From Octopus sinensis (Eukaryota), in contig NC_043019.1 of NCBI RefSeq assembly GCF_006345805.1, positions 29,697,360-29,761,359 of the forward strand: a DNA stretch of 64,000 bases. Reading direction: 5' to 3'. This document shows positions 48,827 through 61,168 of the stretch, one piece after another (position 1 is the stretch's first letter; each line of letters opens with the position of its first letter). The translations under genes were made by a program, and so were the position numbers. Under the pieces are notes generated by a model, which made no database searches, was not told where the DNA came from, and worked only from the letters and a program-made list of their open reading frames with translations.

Positions 48827-50006
48827 GTAAGTGTTTCTTACTAATCTTTAATGTTCAGTTTTATCAAAAGCGAAAACATTTCAAATAACTGTTCGCTGGC
48901 ATTGTGTTGTTAAACCTTTTCTTGACAGCATGACCAGTTTTTAAGACATCGTGCATATGTGTATATATATTTATATATGCATGTATATATACATGCATAT
49001 ATATATTTATATATGTATGTATATATACATGTAGATGTAGGTACGTACATATATGTTTGTATGTATGCATATATTTTATTTATTACACTATATATATATA
49101 TATATATAGTAAAGGGCAAGATTAATTAATTAATTAGTAATTAATAATTTTACCAAGCAGTGTTCAGTATGTGAGAGGAAGAAATAGCTAAATTTTTTGG
49201 CTGCTATTTCTAAAAGTTCCGTATGTGGTAAAGCAAATTTTTTTGCTGAACCCTAATTATTTATATATATATTATATATATATATATATACACACAGTGT
49301 ACGCACACATACATACCTACGTATGTGTATACGTACACGTTTAGTGTTGTGAGAACAAAGAATACTAAATACCATCGTTGAAATTAATATATTTTATTTG
49401 GTCGAGTCAGTCTATTGCTACTAACATTATGTGTGTGTATATATATATATATACACACATATGTTTATATACGCTAGCACATACATACACAAGGCTGTAA
49501 ATATCTGTCATGGTGTCTCCATGATATAATAGTGAAACTTAAACGATAAAAGATTAATCAATTTATGATATATATATATAAGCAATCCTTCGATATTTAG
49601 TACACATTCACTCACACGAACCTTTCCTCTTGCATCGAATATCTATCTTGACTATGGTTTCACACTCAAACGCGTATATATATATATATATATACCAATT
49701 AAGGACTGAACACGAAAAGTGGACAGTCAACATGCTAGATATAGACGTCAAATCGCCATTCTCCACAAAAGATTATGGGTACTTGTCAAGTACCAGATTA
49801 TGTTCTCAAATCAAACTGAGCACAAAACATAATCTTTTGTGGAGAATGGCGATTTGACGTCTATATCTAGCATGTTGACTGTCCACTTTTCGTGTTCAGT
49901 CCTTAATTGGTATATATAAATATTTTAATCTTCGGATTCTTTTTTAATATGCTAGACCACTGGTTTTAATTGATAAATATCAATTTCTACCCTTAATTAA
50001 TTTTAT

Positions 50007-50037
<31 letters not shown>

Positions 50038-52090
50038 ACTAATCGTGCAAATGTTTGTGTTTACAAAGTAGAGCGACAAATAATATTCAATACAATAAAA
50101 ACGTGGAATTTCTAGTTTTGCTTGTTGGTTTACGTATCCTCATCTCATGTAATATCTATCGATATATACACTTTTTAAAAAAAATAAAGTATACATCAAT
50201 ATGTCTGTGAATATGTTTATATATACACAAATATTCCAATTTCTTGGCTAATCTTGATGAAAGAATGAGTATATATACATACATGCATTATGTCCTATAC
50301 TTATATGTCGAGTTATAATAATAATAATAATTTTACATTGAACTGAAGAATTAATGCTTTTTGTAGAGTACATATCTATCATTAGGGGTCCCTATTATTC
50401 TTTAACGTGAATAGTGTCGACAGTGACTTCGAAGTTTCGGAATATATGTATGTATTCGTGTATGTATAAAATTCTTTTATTGATTGTAATTAATACAAGC
50501 CACTGAATCTAGGAGACTTGTAAATATTTCTTTCATCTCTGTTAAAATGGTTTGCATTTCCAGTCGACTTATGTAAAACTGGTTTTTAAAAAAATCTGGG
50601 GGTTTTTGTTTTTTTTCAGTCTATATATTTTTAGTAAATATTATAAATATAATTTATAAACAAATATAATTTTAGTATAGTGTACGTAACTAGCTTAACA
50701 TTGGAAACGGTGTAAACTATGTAAGTATACCTTAGTGATCATTGTGTTGATAGTGAAATTAACAATGAAATTGAATAATTTAGTAAAGGGTCATAATCTG
50801 ATGCACCGGCACAAGAGAAAAAAAAGAAAGGCGATCTTTCGTCTCTAGTAGACCTTTCCGTCGATTTCCGTAAAAAATTTTTTTTTTTACATATGGGCTT
50901 GCGGGAACTTTTGAAGTAATAGACAAACATATACACATACACCCAGTAAAAAATTTCAGTTACCTCTTTCTTTCACACATTACTCTGTCTCCCACACCCC
51001 ATCAAACACACACACACATGTACATCAATGCTTACCATGCACGGTAACTTCAAAAGAACTTCCCTCGTCATAAAATCGCTTTCTCTTAGTCTCTTTCGCT
51101 CTCATTACTTCGAAAGTTCCGCAAGCCCATATGTAAAAAAATAAAAGTTTTTTACGGAAATCAACGGAAAGGTCTACTAGAGACGAAAGATCGCCAAAAA
51201 AATTATCATCATCATGATTTTCATTATTTTGCTGGCAGAATCGTTTGCATGCATAGGAGTGGCTGTGTGGTAAGTAGTTCTCATACACATTAATGTCTCT
51301 GTCCAGCCCGCCGCTGCCTTTATCTGTGTAACGACCTTCATGGTGAATTCGATGAAATAAAGTAGCTTGCTTACGAACCACATGGTTCCGGGTTCAGTCC
51401 CACTTCGTGGCACCTTGGGCAAGTGTCTTCTACTATAGCCCCGGGCCGACCAAAGCCTTGTGAGTGGATTTGGTAGACGGAAACTGAAAGAAGCCCATCG
51501 TATATATGTATATATATATATATATGTGTGTGTGTGTCTGTGTTTGTCCCCCCAACATCGCTTGACAACCGATGCTGGTGTGTTTACGTCCCTGTGACTT
51601 AGCAGTTCGGCAAGAGAAACCGATAGAATAAGTTCTAGGGTCGATTTGCTCAACTAAAGGCGGTGCTCCAGCATGGCGACAGTCAAATGACTGAAACAAG
51701 TAAAGGAGTATTCCGGACAAAATGCTTTGTAGCATTTCTTTTGGGGTTTTTTACGCCCTGAGTTCAAAATACCACTGAGTTCGACTTTACCTATCATCCT
51801 TGCATGGTCAATGTGATCGACTAGCTCCCTCCCCCGCCAGATTTTAGGCCTTATGCCTATATGCACATGTGTAGTTATGCCTTATTATGGCATACCTACG
51901 CATGTGTATCCCCTCCACACAAACACACTTTGTTTCCTTATAACTTCCAGAAGAACAGATGCTTTTTAATGAAATTTTCCATTTCTGAAAGTTGTGAAGC
52001 AACAAAGTCGAGTTAGTAGTATTACTGGCTGATATACAGAGCAAATGTAGGAGAAACTATGTTAGACATAAGCTCCCCCACCTCTCATAT

Positions 52091-52125
<35 letters not shown>

Positions 52126-55057
52126 TAGCAGTATCGCCCGGCGTTGCTCGGGTTTGTAAGGGAAATAACTATATAAGCATTTTTAGAGAGTTATAACCAA
52201 AAATTGGCAAAAAAATGCATTAAAAATGGGGGGAAAATGATGGTAAATTTATTTTTAAATCGTTGACTCATTGTAGACATTTTTAGAGAGTTACTTCCCT
52301 TATATAATAGCGAAAAAATGCATTAAAATGGGGAAAAAAATTATGGTAAATTTTTTTTTAAATCGTAGACTCATCATAGACGCGCGCTAATACCCAGAAG
52401 GGCTCGATATGAATCACGGTTTTGGTTAAACTGCACCGCAAAATGTGGGAGTAGTTAGGAATCTAAATCGTAGGAGACAGACACACAACCTCTCTTTTAT
52501 ATATAAAGACTAGCAGTATCGCCCGGCGTTGCTCGGGTTTGTAAGGGAAATAACTATATAAGCATTTTTAGAGAGTTACTTCCCTTATAAATTCGGGCTT
52601 TCTTAGCCATTTTTGTTTTGGTGTCTTCAAGCCATGAAGTCGTTGTTCTAAAAGAACGCTGGTTTCCTTCACAACGCATTACGACGTTGATTTCTTTACA
52701 CTCCCTTCCCCACAGCTTCACGAGGGAGGGAAGGGGGAGAAGCAAACAGGTGCAGCTGTGAGCGTGGACGCCAACTCCGCCGCCATCGACATACGATGCA
52801 TTTTATGCATTAAAATGGAATAAAAAATGATGTGAAATTATTTTTAAAATCGTAGACTCATCGTTGACATGCGCTAATAGTCAGACGGGCTCGATATGAA
52901 TCACGACTATAAGATACCCGAATTTGGTTAAACTGCACCGCAAAATGTGGGAGGAGTTAGGAATCTAAATCGAAGGGGACAGACACTCACACAACTAGAG
53001 TTTTATATATATAGATATATATATATATGATGACATCTCTAGGACCACTAATTTAAGATGTCCCCAGCCCCTCAAACAAGAGCTTGCAGCAGCAAAGCAT
53101 ATTTATCTGTACGCATACACACACACACACTTTTTATATGTGTGATGTGTTCTGTCTCCATCCGACTTTCCATTGACACTGCTTGGAAAATAGTGTTCCA
53201 TCATTTAGCTGTGTGACAATTAGCAATCTCTTAATATCAAACTTAAATAGAATGTAAGCTGACAGTGTTGATGTGATTGAATCAAATTTGGTGATGGCCT
53301 AGCACGGCTGTTCAGTGACCGAAACTAGTCAAAGAGTAAAAGTGCATGTTGAAAATTTATTGAAACTCATAGAAATATCTTAAGAAATGGGTTAATAACT
53401 GTATTAATTTCCTGTTGTTTTTATCTATTTGAAATTTCAGGAGTAAATCGGTTCTTCCAGATGATTTGTATTCATGAAAAATTGAACAATGCTTCAAGCA
53501 AGAAGATTCCTATTAGTGATGTATGGAAACATTTGGGAGAAATGTATGATCTCATGGCTTTGGTAAGATTTTATTCAAACTATACCCTATTCCTCAAATC
53601 TTAAAAAAATGTATTAACACTACATGACAAATATATATATATATATATGAGACTGCCATGTTAAATTGTTAGCTCCTGCACGCATTTTTTTTCTCTCCGT
53701 GTTTCTTTTCTGTGTATCTTTCTGTTGAAGAGCGTAGGCTCGAAACGTAAAAGACTTGTTTTATTTCTATTCCTGAGCGCCATACTAATACAATTGTTTG
53801 TACTCCACCTGCCTTCATCTTTTGTTTATTTTCGTAAGCTTCCCGTTATATATATATATATATATATATATATACAAAGTAAGATAGGGGTTATGGGTGT
53901 AACCCACTATGGGATATCATTTATCCAATATACTGTTGGTAAACTACCCAAATCCTTAATACATAAATGTTTTTAATTGCAATGCAATTAATTCATTTAT
54001 TGTATTAAACGAGTAAAGGTAAAGAAATATTTTTACCGTAAATTTATAATACAAATAAGAAAATGGAGAAACAAATTTAGTTTGTTCATCAACTTTCGGA
54101 TATTAGAATGTTGGATTATTTATTCATATATATAGGGTTATCCCATAAATAATGCAGTTTTTTTAAACTTCTTTTATTTTTCAAAATTAAGGTAAACAAA
54201 GTTCTTTTTTAATCTAAAATATACTCTCCTTCATTTTCTATATTGCTCATGTATCTATCTGGTAGACTTGCAAGGCCCCTCTTCCAAAATTCACTTGTCT
54301 GTGATGAAAAATACTCTTCCAATATTGTTTGGACCTTGTCTACAGAATTCATATTTTTTCCATCCAAATGATTCTGAAGACTGCAGAATAAATGATAATG
54401 AGATGGGGGCAATGTCTGGCAAATATGGTGGGTGGAGCATCAGTTCCCATTCAAACTGCTCCAGCCTTTGGAATGTCATCCTTGCTGTTTGTAGCTAAGC
54501 ATTATCCTGATTGAAGAACAGCTTTTGTCTTGAAACCAAAGATGATCACTTTTCTTCTAGCGCTGACTTGCATGACTGGTTGACTGACCAAATCCAAGCT
54601 TTTCTGCTAGTTCCTCAACAGTTACAATGGGATTTTGTTCCACCAGGGTTTGCAGGATGTCCTCATCGAGCTCTACAGATCTTCCAAGTTACTATTTCTA
54701 GGAAGTTGAGTGATTTCCTTGTTAGCTCAAAAATTATACTTCAGTACAGTGTGTGTGTATAAATATGTGTATGTGTTTATATATGTGTATTATGTGGATA
54801 TAAATGTATCAAATGGTGATGGTGGGGGGACAAACACACGTAAATATATGAAAAAAAGTTTGTTTCCATCTTTTTGTTTCTATGTTTTCGTATCTCATTG
54901 TGTTCAATGTTTTTTTGATGTCCTGTACCCATATATACATGTATATATACATATAGATGTAGGTATGTACATATATGTATGTATATATGCATATATTTAT
55001 ATATTATTTATATTATATATATATATATGTGTGTGTGTATGTGTATGTATGTATGTG

Positions 55058-55088
<31 letters not shown>

Positions 55089-55095
55089 GTGTGTG

Positions 55096-55126
<31 letters not shown>

Positions 55127-55133
55127 GTGTATG

Positions 55134-55172
<39 letters not shown>

Positions 55173-55423
55173 GTGTATGTATATGTATGTATGTGTATGT
55201 ATGTATGTATGTATATATATGTATGTGTATGTATGTATATATATGTATGTGTATGTATGTATATATATGTATGTGTATGTATGTATATATATGTATGTGT
55301 ATGTATGTATATATATATATATATATATGTGTGTATGTATATATATATATATGTGTATGTGTATATATATATATATGTGTATGTGTATATATATATATAT
55401 GTGTATGTGTATATATATATATA

Positions 55424-55464
<41 letters not shown>

Positions 55465-56816
55465 TATGTAGGTATACATATATCTATCCATTCATCCATT
55501 TGTTTTGCAGAACGAGTCCGAAATATTTCCTTTCCCTAATCGTATCTGTGATTTTGAATTGAATGGCAATGAGTATGGCAACCTTCTGTCTGGAGAATTT
55601 CCTCGTTACAAACCTGGTGCTTTCAGCTCTCTGGACGAGAATAACATGAGTGAAGCAAGTAAATTATTGAGCGCAGCTGATATAAAGACCGAAGAAAAAG
55701 GTAGGACATTTAATGGGATTTTTTTTGTAAAAAATTCTTTTTTTTTTATTTATGAGTGGCTTTGTGGTAAGAAGCTCGCTTCTCAACCACATAGTTCCAG
55801 GTTCAGTCCCACTGTGTGGCATCTTGGGCAAGTGTCTTATATTTATATATACGACAGGCTTCTTTCAGTTTCTGTCTACCAAATTTACTTACAAGCCTTT
55901 GGTTGGTCCGAGGCCATAGTAGAAGACACCTGCCCAAGGTTCCACACAGGGGGACTGAATCCAGAACCATGTGTTTAGGAAGCAATCTTCTTATTTCTTT
56001 ATTGCCCACAAGGGGCTAAACATAGAGGGGACAGACAAACGGATGAAGTCGATTAGATCAATCCCAGTGCGTAACTGGTACTTAATTCATTAACCCCGAA
56101 AGGATGAAAGGCAAAGTCGACCTCGACGGAATTTGAAATCAGAACATAGTGGCAGACGAAATACCGCTAAGCACTTCGCCCAGTATGCTAACGTTTCTTA
56201 TTTCTTTATTGCCCACAAGGGGCTAAACATAGAGGGGACAGACAAAGGGATTAAGTCGATTACATCGACCCCAGTGCGTAACTGGTACTTAATTTATCAA
56301 CCCCTAAAGGATGAAAGGCAAAGTCGACCTCGGCGGAATTTGAACTCCAAACGTAATGGCAGACGAAATACCGCTAAGCATTTCGCCCAGTGTGCTAACA
56401 TTTCTGCCAGCTCGCCGCCTTCTTACCACATAGCCATGCCTGCAGCTAGAGCCAGACCTGTGCCTTTTTACATGTGAAAAAAAGAAAATTGTTTTGCATA
56501 AAACAAATGCCTTATTCTTTTTCTTTCTGCATTTTGATAATCTAGTTATTACAGATTTACTAGTGTTACATGATTTCTTGTCAATTTTTCTTTGGCAGGT
56601 TTGCATAAAATTCAGCTTAAAGACATTTCCAGTTCTTTATCGAATACAAGCAATTCTGGCAGTACATCGTACTCCTCCTCCTCTTCCTCCTCAACTTCTC
56701 TGGTCTCCACCCTTTCTTCAAACACAAGTGAAAGCTCGAAGCGGAAACGTACACGACAGGGACAAACTCCTGGAGCGGATGGAGCTCCCAACAAACGTAA
56801 GAGGAGATTTGTTTGA
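48742..56816 (+). CDS. MRGBP: MRG/MORF4L-binding protein (Eaf7 family, NuA4/TIP60), complete, 204 aa. join(48742-48826,53441-53562,55511-55700,56599-56816)
   Basis: [29 protein letters not shown]|[29 protein letters not shown]|[10 protein letters not shown] matches the Eaf7/MRGBP signature W-x3-E-x2-LFHAM-x-GHKPVGVN-x-HF-x-MICI. Phases are consistent; 615 nt total. Confidence 0.96.
49687..49918. repeat. Perfect inverted repeat, 91-bp arms, 50-bp spacer
   Basis: 49687-49777 is the reverse complement of 49828-49918. Confidence 0.92.
50830..51195. mobile_element. MITE with about 90-bp TIRs beginning GGCGATC (Merlin-like)
   Basis: ggcgatctttcgtctctagtagacctttccg... mirrored at about 51105-51195; TSD unclear in A-rich flanks. 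Confidence 0.75.
51250..51708 (+). mobile_element. SINE family 1, interrupted by an 82-bp insertion
   Basis: Head split at AAGTAG; remainder colinear. Confidence 0.88.
52125..52509 (-). mobile_element. Non-autonomous Helitron (same family as 47600)
   Basis: Colinear with 47600-47981; TC start at 52509; 3' end CTAA after the hairpin. Confidence 0.8.
52510..53015 (-). mobile_element. Non-autonomous Helitron, longer variant, directly abutting the previous copy
   Basis: A|TCtatatatataaaac start at 53015, hairpin, CTAG end at 52510; extra internal segment at about 52590-52800. Confidence 0.8.
53441..53562 (+). CDS. MRGBP: MRGBP exon 2
   Basis: tttcag| [41 protein letters not shown] |gtaaga. Confidence 0.96.
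53717..53754 (+). ncRNA. Hammerhead ribozyme motif variant, probably inactive (CUGUUGA core)
   Basis: TCTTT-CTGTTGA-A-GAGC(gtag)GCTC-GAAA-CG-T-A-AAAGA; 5-bp stem I, palindromic ACGT stem III. Confidence 0.55.
54131..54720 (-). mobile_element. Degraded mariner transposase remnant in MRGBP intron 2
   Basis: Frameshifted ...[32 protein letters not shown]...[12 protein letters not shown]...EGEYILD; TA-bounded terminus at 54131. Confidence 0.88.
55014..55461. repeat. Compound (TA)/(TG) microsatellite, 448 nt of strict purine-pyrimidine alternation
   Basis: Direct inspection; explains the Y/I/V/C/M ORFs at 54710-55562. Confidence 0.97.
55511..55700 (+). CDS. MRGBP: MRGBP exon 3
   Basis: ttgcag| [17 protein letters not shown]...IKTEEK G|gtagga. 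Confidence 0.94.
55984..56423 (-). mobile_element. SINE family 2 tandem dimer
   Basis: Two consecutive tttctttattgcccacaagggg...gacgaaataccgctaagc units. Confidence 0.85.
56599..56816 (+). CDS. MRGBP: MRGBP exon 4 (Ser-rich, basic NLS-like C-terminus KRKRTRQ..KRKRRFV*)
   Basis: tggcag|, phase 1, TGA at 56814-56816. Confidence 0.9.
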
Positions 56817-58014
56817 AAAATAAAAGATTATATATATATGTATATGCACACCAAAGAATTAAAAAAATTTTTTATTTTTTGGTTCTGATAGGAAAATAAC
56901 TCAGTGGGATTGTTTTCACCCCAGAATTAAAAAAATTTTTTTTGTTCCCCAAACTTTTCATTTTCTTTTTTTTCTTAGTTTAGGACAATGATCTTCTGGG
57001 ATGATGTTTTGATGATTAGTGAAATGAGGATTTTTTTTTTTTTTTGCTTGCATATTAGACCCCTCCCTATTTATTTATTTATTTGTACTCCTTGATGACA
57101 TAAAATTTAAGAATCCACAACACATTTGGAACTAATTTCAAGGAGATAAAGTTGTAAGCACAGAACAATTTTACTTTTAATTCACGAATTAATCTATGGT
57201 TCATGTACATCACTATCTACTTGAAGCATCTGAATTCATGTTAAAAGTTATTTCCCTTAGCTTAACTTAGCATATTCGATCTAGATCCTTGACTGGTCCA
57301 TACCTTAATACACGAGTTAAGCTATATTTGGTTGATCAATAGATAGTATGTTATATAACTCAGTATAGTACATGTGTCAGCTATATTTGATACTGATCTT
57401 TGATGGCTAATTACCTTATACAATAATTTAATTTACGTTGTTTTTGTTTGCAAGATTCTTAACGTGAAATCACATTTTGTTGTATCTTAGGAGGGTCATT
57501 ACACCAAACACACCCACTGGTTCTGTGTCACTTCTTTATAATTAGCCACTTGGTTAGTTATTTAACCAACCAACTAAGCAATTGTCTGCTTAATCAGGCA
57601 CTTAAGCAATCAGTCAGTTGTCAGTGTCCTGTTGCCATTCACAACTTCATCAATGACATGCCCAGTCTCCTCCTGGCCTGCTTTACGTCTGTCTGTCTTC
57701 AAATTGATACCTATGTTTATGTAGTTATAGATGTGTGGGTCAAGTACTTGAGAAGGGAAGGGAAAGAAAAAGGAAGTGTGTGTGTGTGATTGGTGATCCT
57801 GATGATTAAGTAAGCAATTGATTAGTTGGTTAAATGATAAACCAATTAACTAATAATAAACAACTAATATTGAACCAGTGCATGTGATTATAATTGCTGT
57901 AATGAACCTCCCAAGATACAACGAAATTAAATTATTACACTTAGTTAAATACATAAGTTAAATTATATTTGATTTGGTTCTTTGATAGATCAACATATTA
58001 CACAATGACTCAGT

Positions 58015-58242
58015 TTAACCCTTTTGTTACCAACCCGGCTGAAACCGGCTCTGGCTCTGAGTAGAAATGTCTTGTTTTCATAAGTTTTGAATTAAAATCT
58101 TCCACCAAACCTTAGTCACAATTTATGTTCCTAACACTGGCTGAATGATAACTAAGTTATTTTACTAAATTCTTTGTTATATATAACATAATTGAAAGAA
58201 ACACAGAGCATCTCAAAATAAATACAGTAATGAAAGAGTTAA
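58015..58242. mobile_element. piggyBac-type MITE family A
   Basis: TTAA-CCCTTTTGTTACC ... TAATGAAAGAG-TTAA. Confidence 0.85.
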
Positions 58243-59334
58243 TAGATAAGACAAGTTATTGTTGATACATTTCTTTGGTGGATCAATACATTATATAGTG
58301 CAATTTGCATTGTTCAGTTTAATAAATGAGATATGGTGTATTTGAAAGCAGTCTTTGGAGACTCAACTCACTGCACAGCAACTAATATATTTTTCAGACT
58401 ATTAACCTTGACTTAAGAAATGAAGCAATTTTTAATATATGCATGTATACTGTGCTACTTTCGGTTGACTTGAACCTCTCATTGTAAGCTAATTTCAATC
58501 AATTTGATTTCTCGTATTTTAATTTCAATTTCTCTGATCATATGCTAATGTCAGTGGTTTCCGTCTCTGATTGTATACTAGTTTCAGTTAGTTTGGTCTC
58601 TGGTTGTATATATTCAGAATGCTTGGATATTTACTTAGTTGGATTTCAACTGGTAACCTTTATTTTCTATACTCTCGGAATGGTTGGTGTTAGGAAGGCC
58701 ATCCAGCTGTAGAAACTCTGCCAGATCAAGATTGGAGCCTGGTCCAGCCCTCAGTCAAAATCGTCCAACCCATGCTAGCATGGAAAGCGGACGTTAAACA
58801 ATGATGATGATGATGACTAAGTCTAATAACTGGATTGAATTCTGCCTGTACTCTATGCTGCTTATCCGGGAATAAAACATCTGATGGTGACCTGAGATCA
58901 AACTAACTGAAATGTTATCTAGATGTCAATATAAAAATAAAAATGCTTCACCTCTAAAGATGAGGTTACTAGTTTGAAAAAAAATGATCTTATTAACAAC
59001 TTATTCAGGTAGTTATATATTTAATGTACTGATTCACTGTTGATTATTTAGATTATGAGAAGTGATGCATGAAATAAAGCTCTACTACTTCATGGATTCT
59101 ATATTTTTTAGCTGTGCACCAAGATAACCATATATATAGCAATTAAATTATAGATAAAACCACTATTAGGCAACTCAAACAGTGATAGATATAAATCAAA
59201 ACATAAAAAACAAAAAATAAATATAATATAATATATATAAAATTTAAATTATTAAAATTTTAAATTTTTTAATTTATATTTTTAAATTTGATTTAATCCT
59301 AATTATAATTTTTCCCTGTAAGTTTGGATATACT

Positions 59335-59381
<47 letters not shown>

Positions 59382-61125
59382 CTCACACACACACACACAA
59401 CAAACATAGTTTTCAGCAAGCAATAATCATGCCTATAGTAATCCGCATTGTCCAGGTATAGCTGTGTGGATAGTTTGTATCATAACCACATGGTCTTGAG
59501 TTCTCTATCACTACAAAGGCACCTTGGGCAAGTGCCTTCTTCAAGGCAGAATTGGTAGATGGGAAACTGTATGGAAGCCCTTTGTATATGTGTGTAAATG
59601 TTTACATTCCCTTGAGCAAAACACTGGTTTTACATTGACATTCCAAGTTTACAAATTGGCCTGTTTGAAGAGGACTAGAATAAACTAATCACTTGAAAAA
59701 CAGGCAAAGGTTTTTAAGAGGAAGAACATTCAGCTGTAGAAACCATTCCAAAACTGACAGAAGAGCTTGGTGCAATCCCCTGGATTGCCAGCATAAAAGA
59801 CATTCATTAAATGATGATGATGATTTTTATATATATATATATATATCATCGTCATCATTTAGCATCCACTTTCCATGCTAGCATGGGTTAGATGGTTCAA
59901 CTGAGGTCTGGGAAGCCAGAAGGCTGCACCAGACCCAGTCTGATCTGGCAATGTTTCTACAGCTGGATGCCTTTCCTAACGCCAACCACTCCGTGAGTGT
60001 AGTGGGTGATTTTTACGTGCCAGTGGCATGTAAAAAGCACCCACTACACTCACGGAGTGGTTGGCGTTAAGAAGGGCATCCAGCCGTAGAAACATTGCCG
60101 GATCAGACTGGGCTTGGTGTATATATATATATATATAGGTATGTTGGTGCAAACTGGAAAAATAGAACTCAAAATATGTGTTTTTGTATATTTTCATTAA
60201 TATTTAGCAGAAGCAACAGAGTGACACATCTGGTACTTATCAAGCTAGTTTGGTAAGTGCCGATGCACAAGACTCTTGGACCTTGAGTCTCTCTGTTGCT
60301 TCTTTAAAGGTGCCCCAGTATGGCCACAGTCTAATGATTGAAACAAGTAAAAGATAAACGATATATATATATATCATCAACAACATTTAACATCCGTTTT
60401 CCATGCTGGCATGGGTTGGACAGTTAGACTAAAGCTGGGGAGATGCACCAGGTTCCAGTTTTGTGTTTTGGGTTGGTGTCTATGGCTGGATGTCCTTGTC
60501 GACAATTAGAACGTACGAATGCAACTTTAGATTTTAGAGCTCTACATAGAATATCATCATCCAGGTCTGCCTTCAGACATTTTGATCTCTGTAGCACAAT
60601 GCAATAAAGTGTCCCCCTAATGATCCCTTTGTGGTTAAGCATCCAGTTGCTCTTGGAACATTCAATGCAGCAGTTCCAAACAACCACAACAGTGAAACAT
60701 ATGTAGGGAACAAATTATATATAAATTTGTGTTTGTAATTTCTCTCTCGCACACACACACACACCAAACACTTATACACATACTCACAAAAAAATTGTCA
60801 AAAGAGTGCCTTTTAATGTTGAACATATAAAACTTGGATGGAGTTTCTGACTATGATATTGCCACTAAAATCTGTGAATATTCTTGCTTCCAATACCTTT
60901 TTCTTTGTCAAATAGATATTTTTCTCTTTGATCTCTTGCTTCCCAACAAACAATGTATTTTTTCATCTTGAGAAATATCATAATGTAGTAGTGATTACTT
61001 ATGTAATATACATATATATATGTATGTATATATAATATAATTCGAGACAAAACCACTATTTTGCAAAACAAACAAGGAAAGACTTAATCAATACATAAAA
61101 ATTTTTAATATAAAGAAATAAACCG

Positions 61126-61168
61126 CCACTACAATCGTTTCATGTCTTCAATGACATTCGTCAGGTGG
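61126..61168 (-). ncRNA. Mirror copy of the minimal hammerhead ribozyme motif
   Basis: Exact reverse complement of 61229-61271 in the other arm of the palindrome. Confidence 0.75.

Noticed and set aside
54710-55562. Several long ORFs rich in Y/I/V/C/M/H (also 656-908, 17670-18095, 28125-28500, 48864-49119)
   Set aside because: They are translations of (TA)/(TG)/(CT) microsatellites, which lack stops in some frames; no protein-like complexity
60424-60720. 87-aa minus-strand ORF
   Set aside because: Resembles a decayed CR1/L2 reverse-transcriptase C-terminal stretch fused to a SINE; not a host gene
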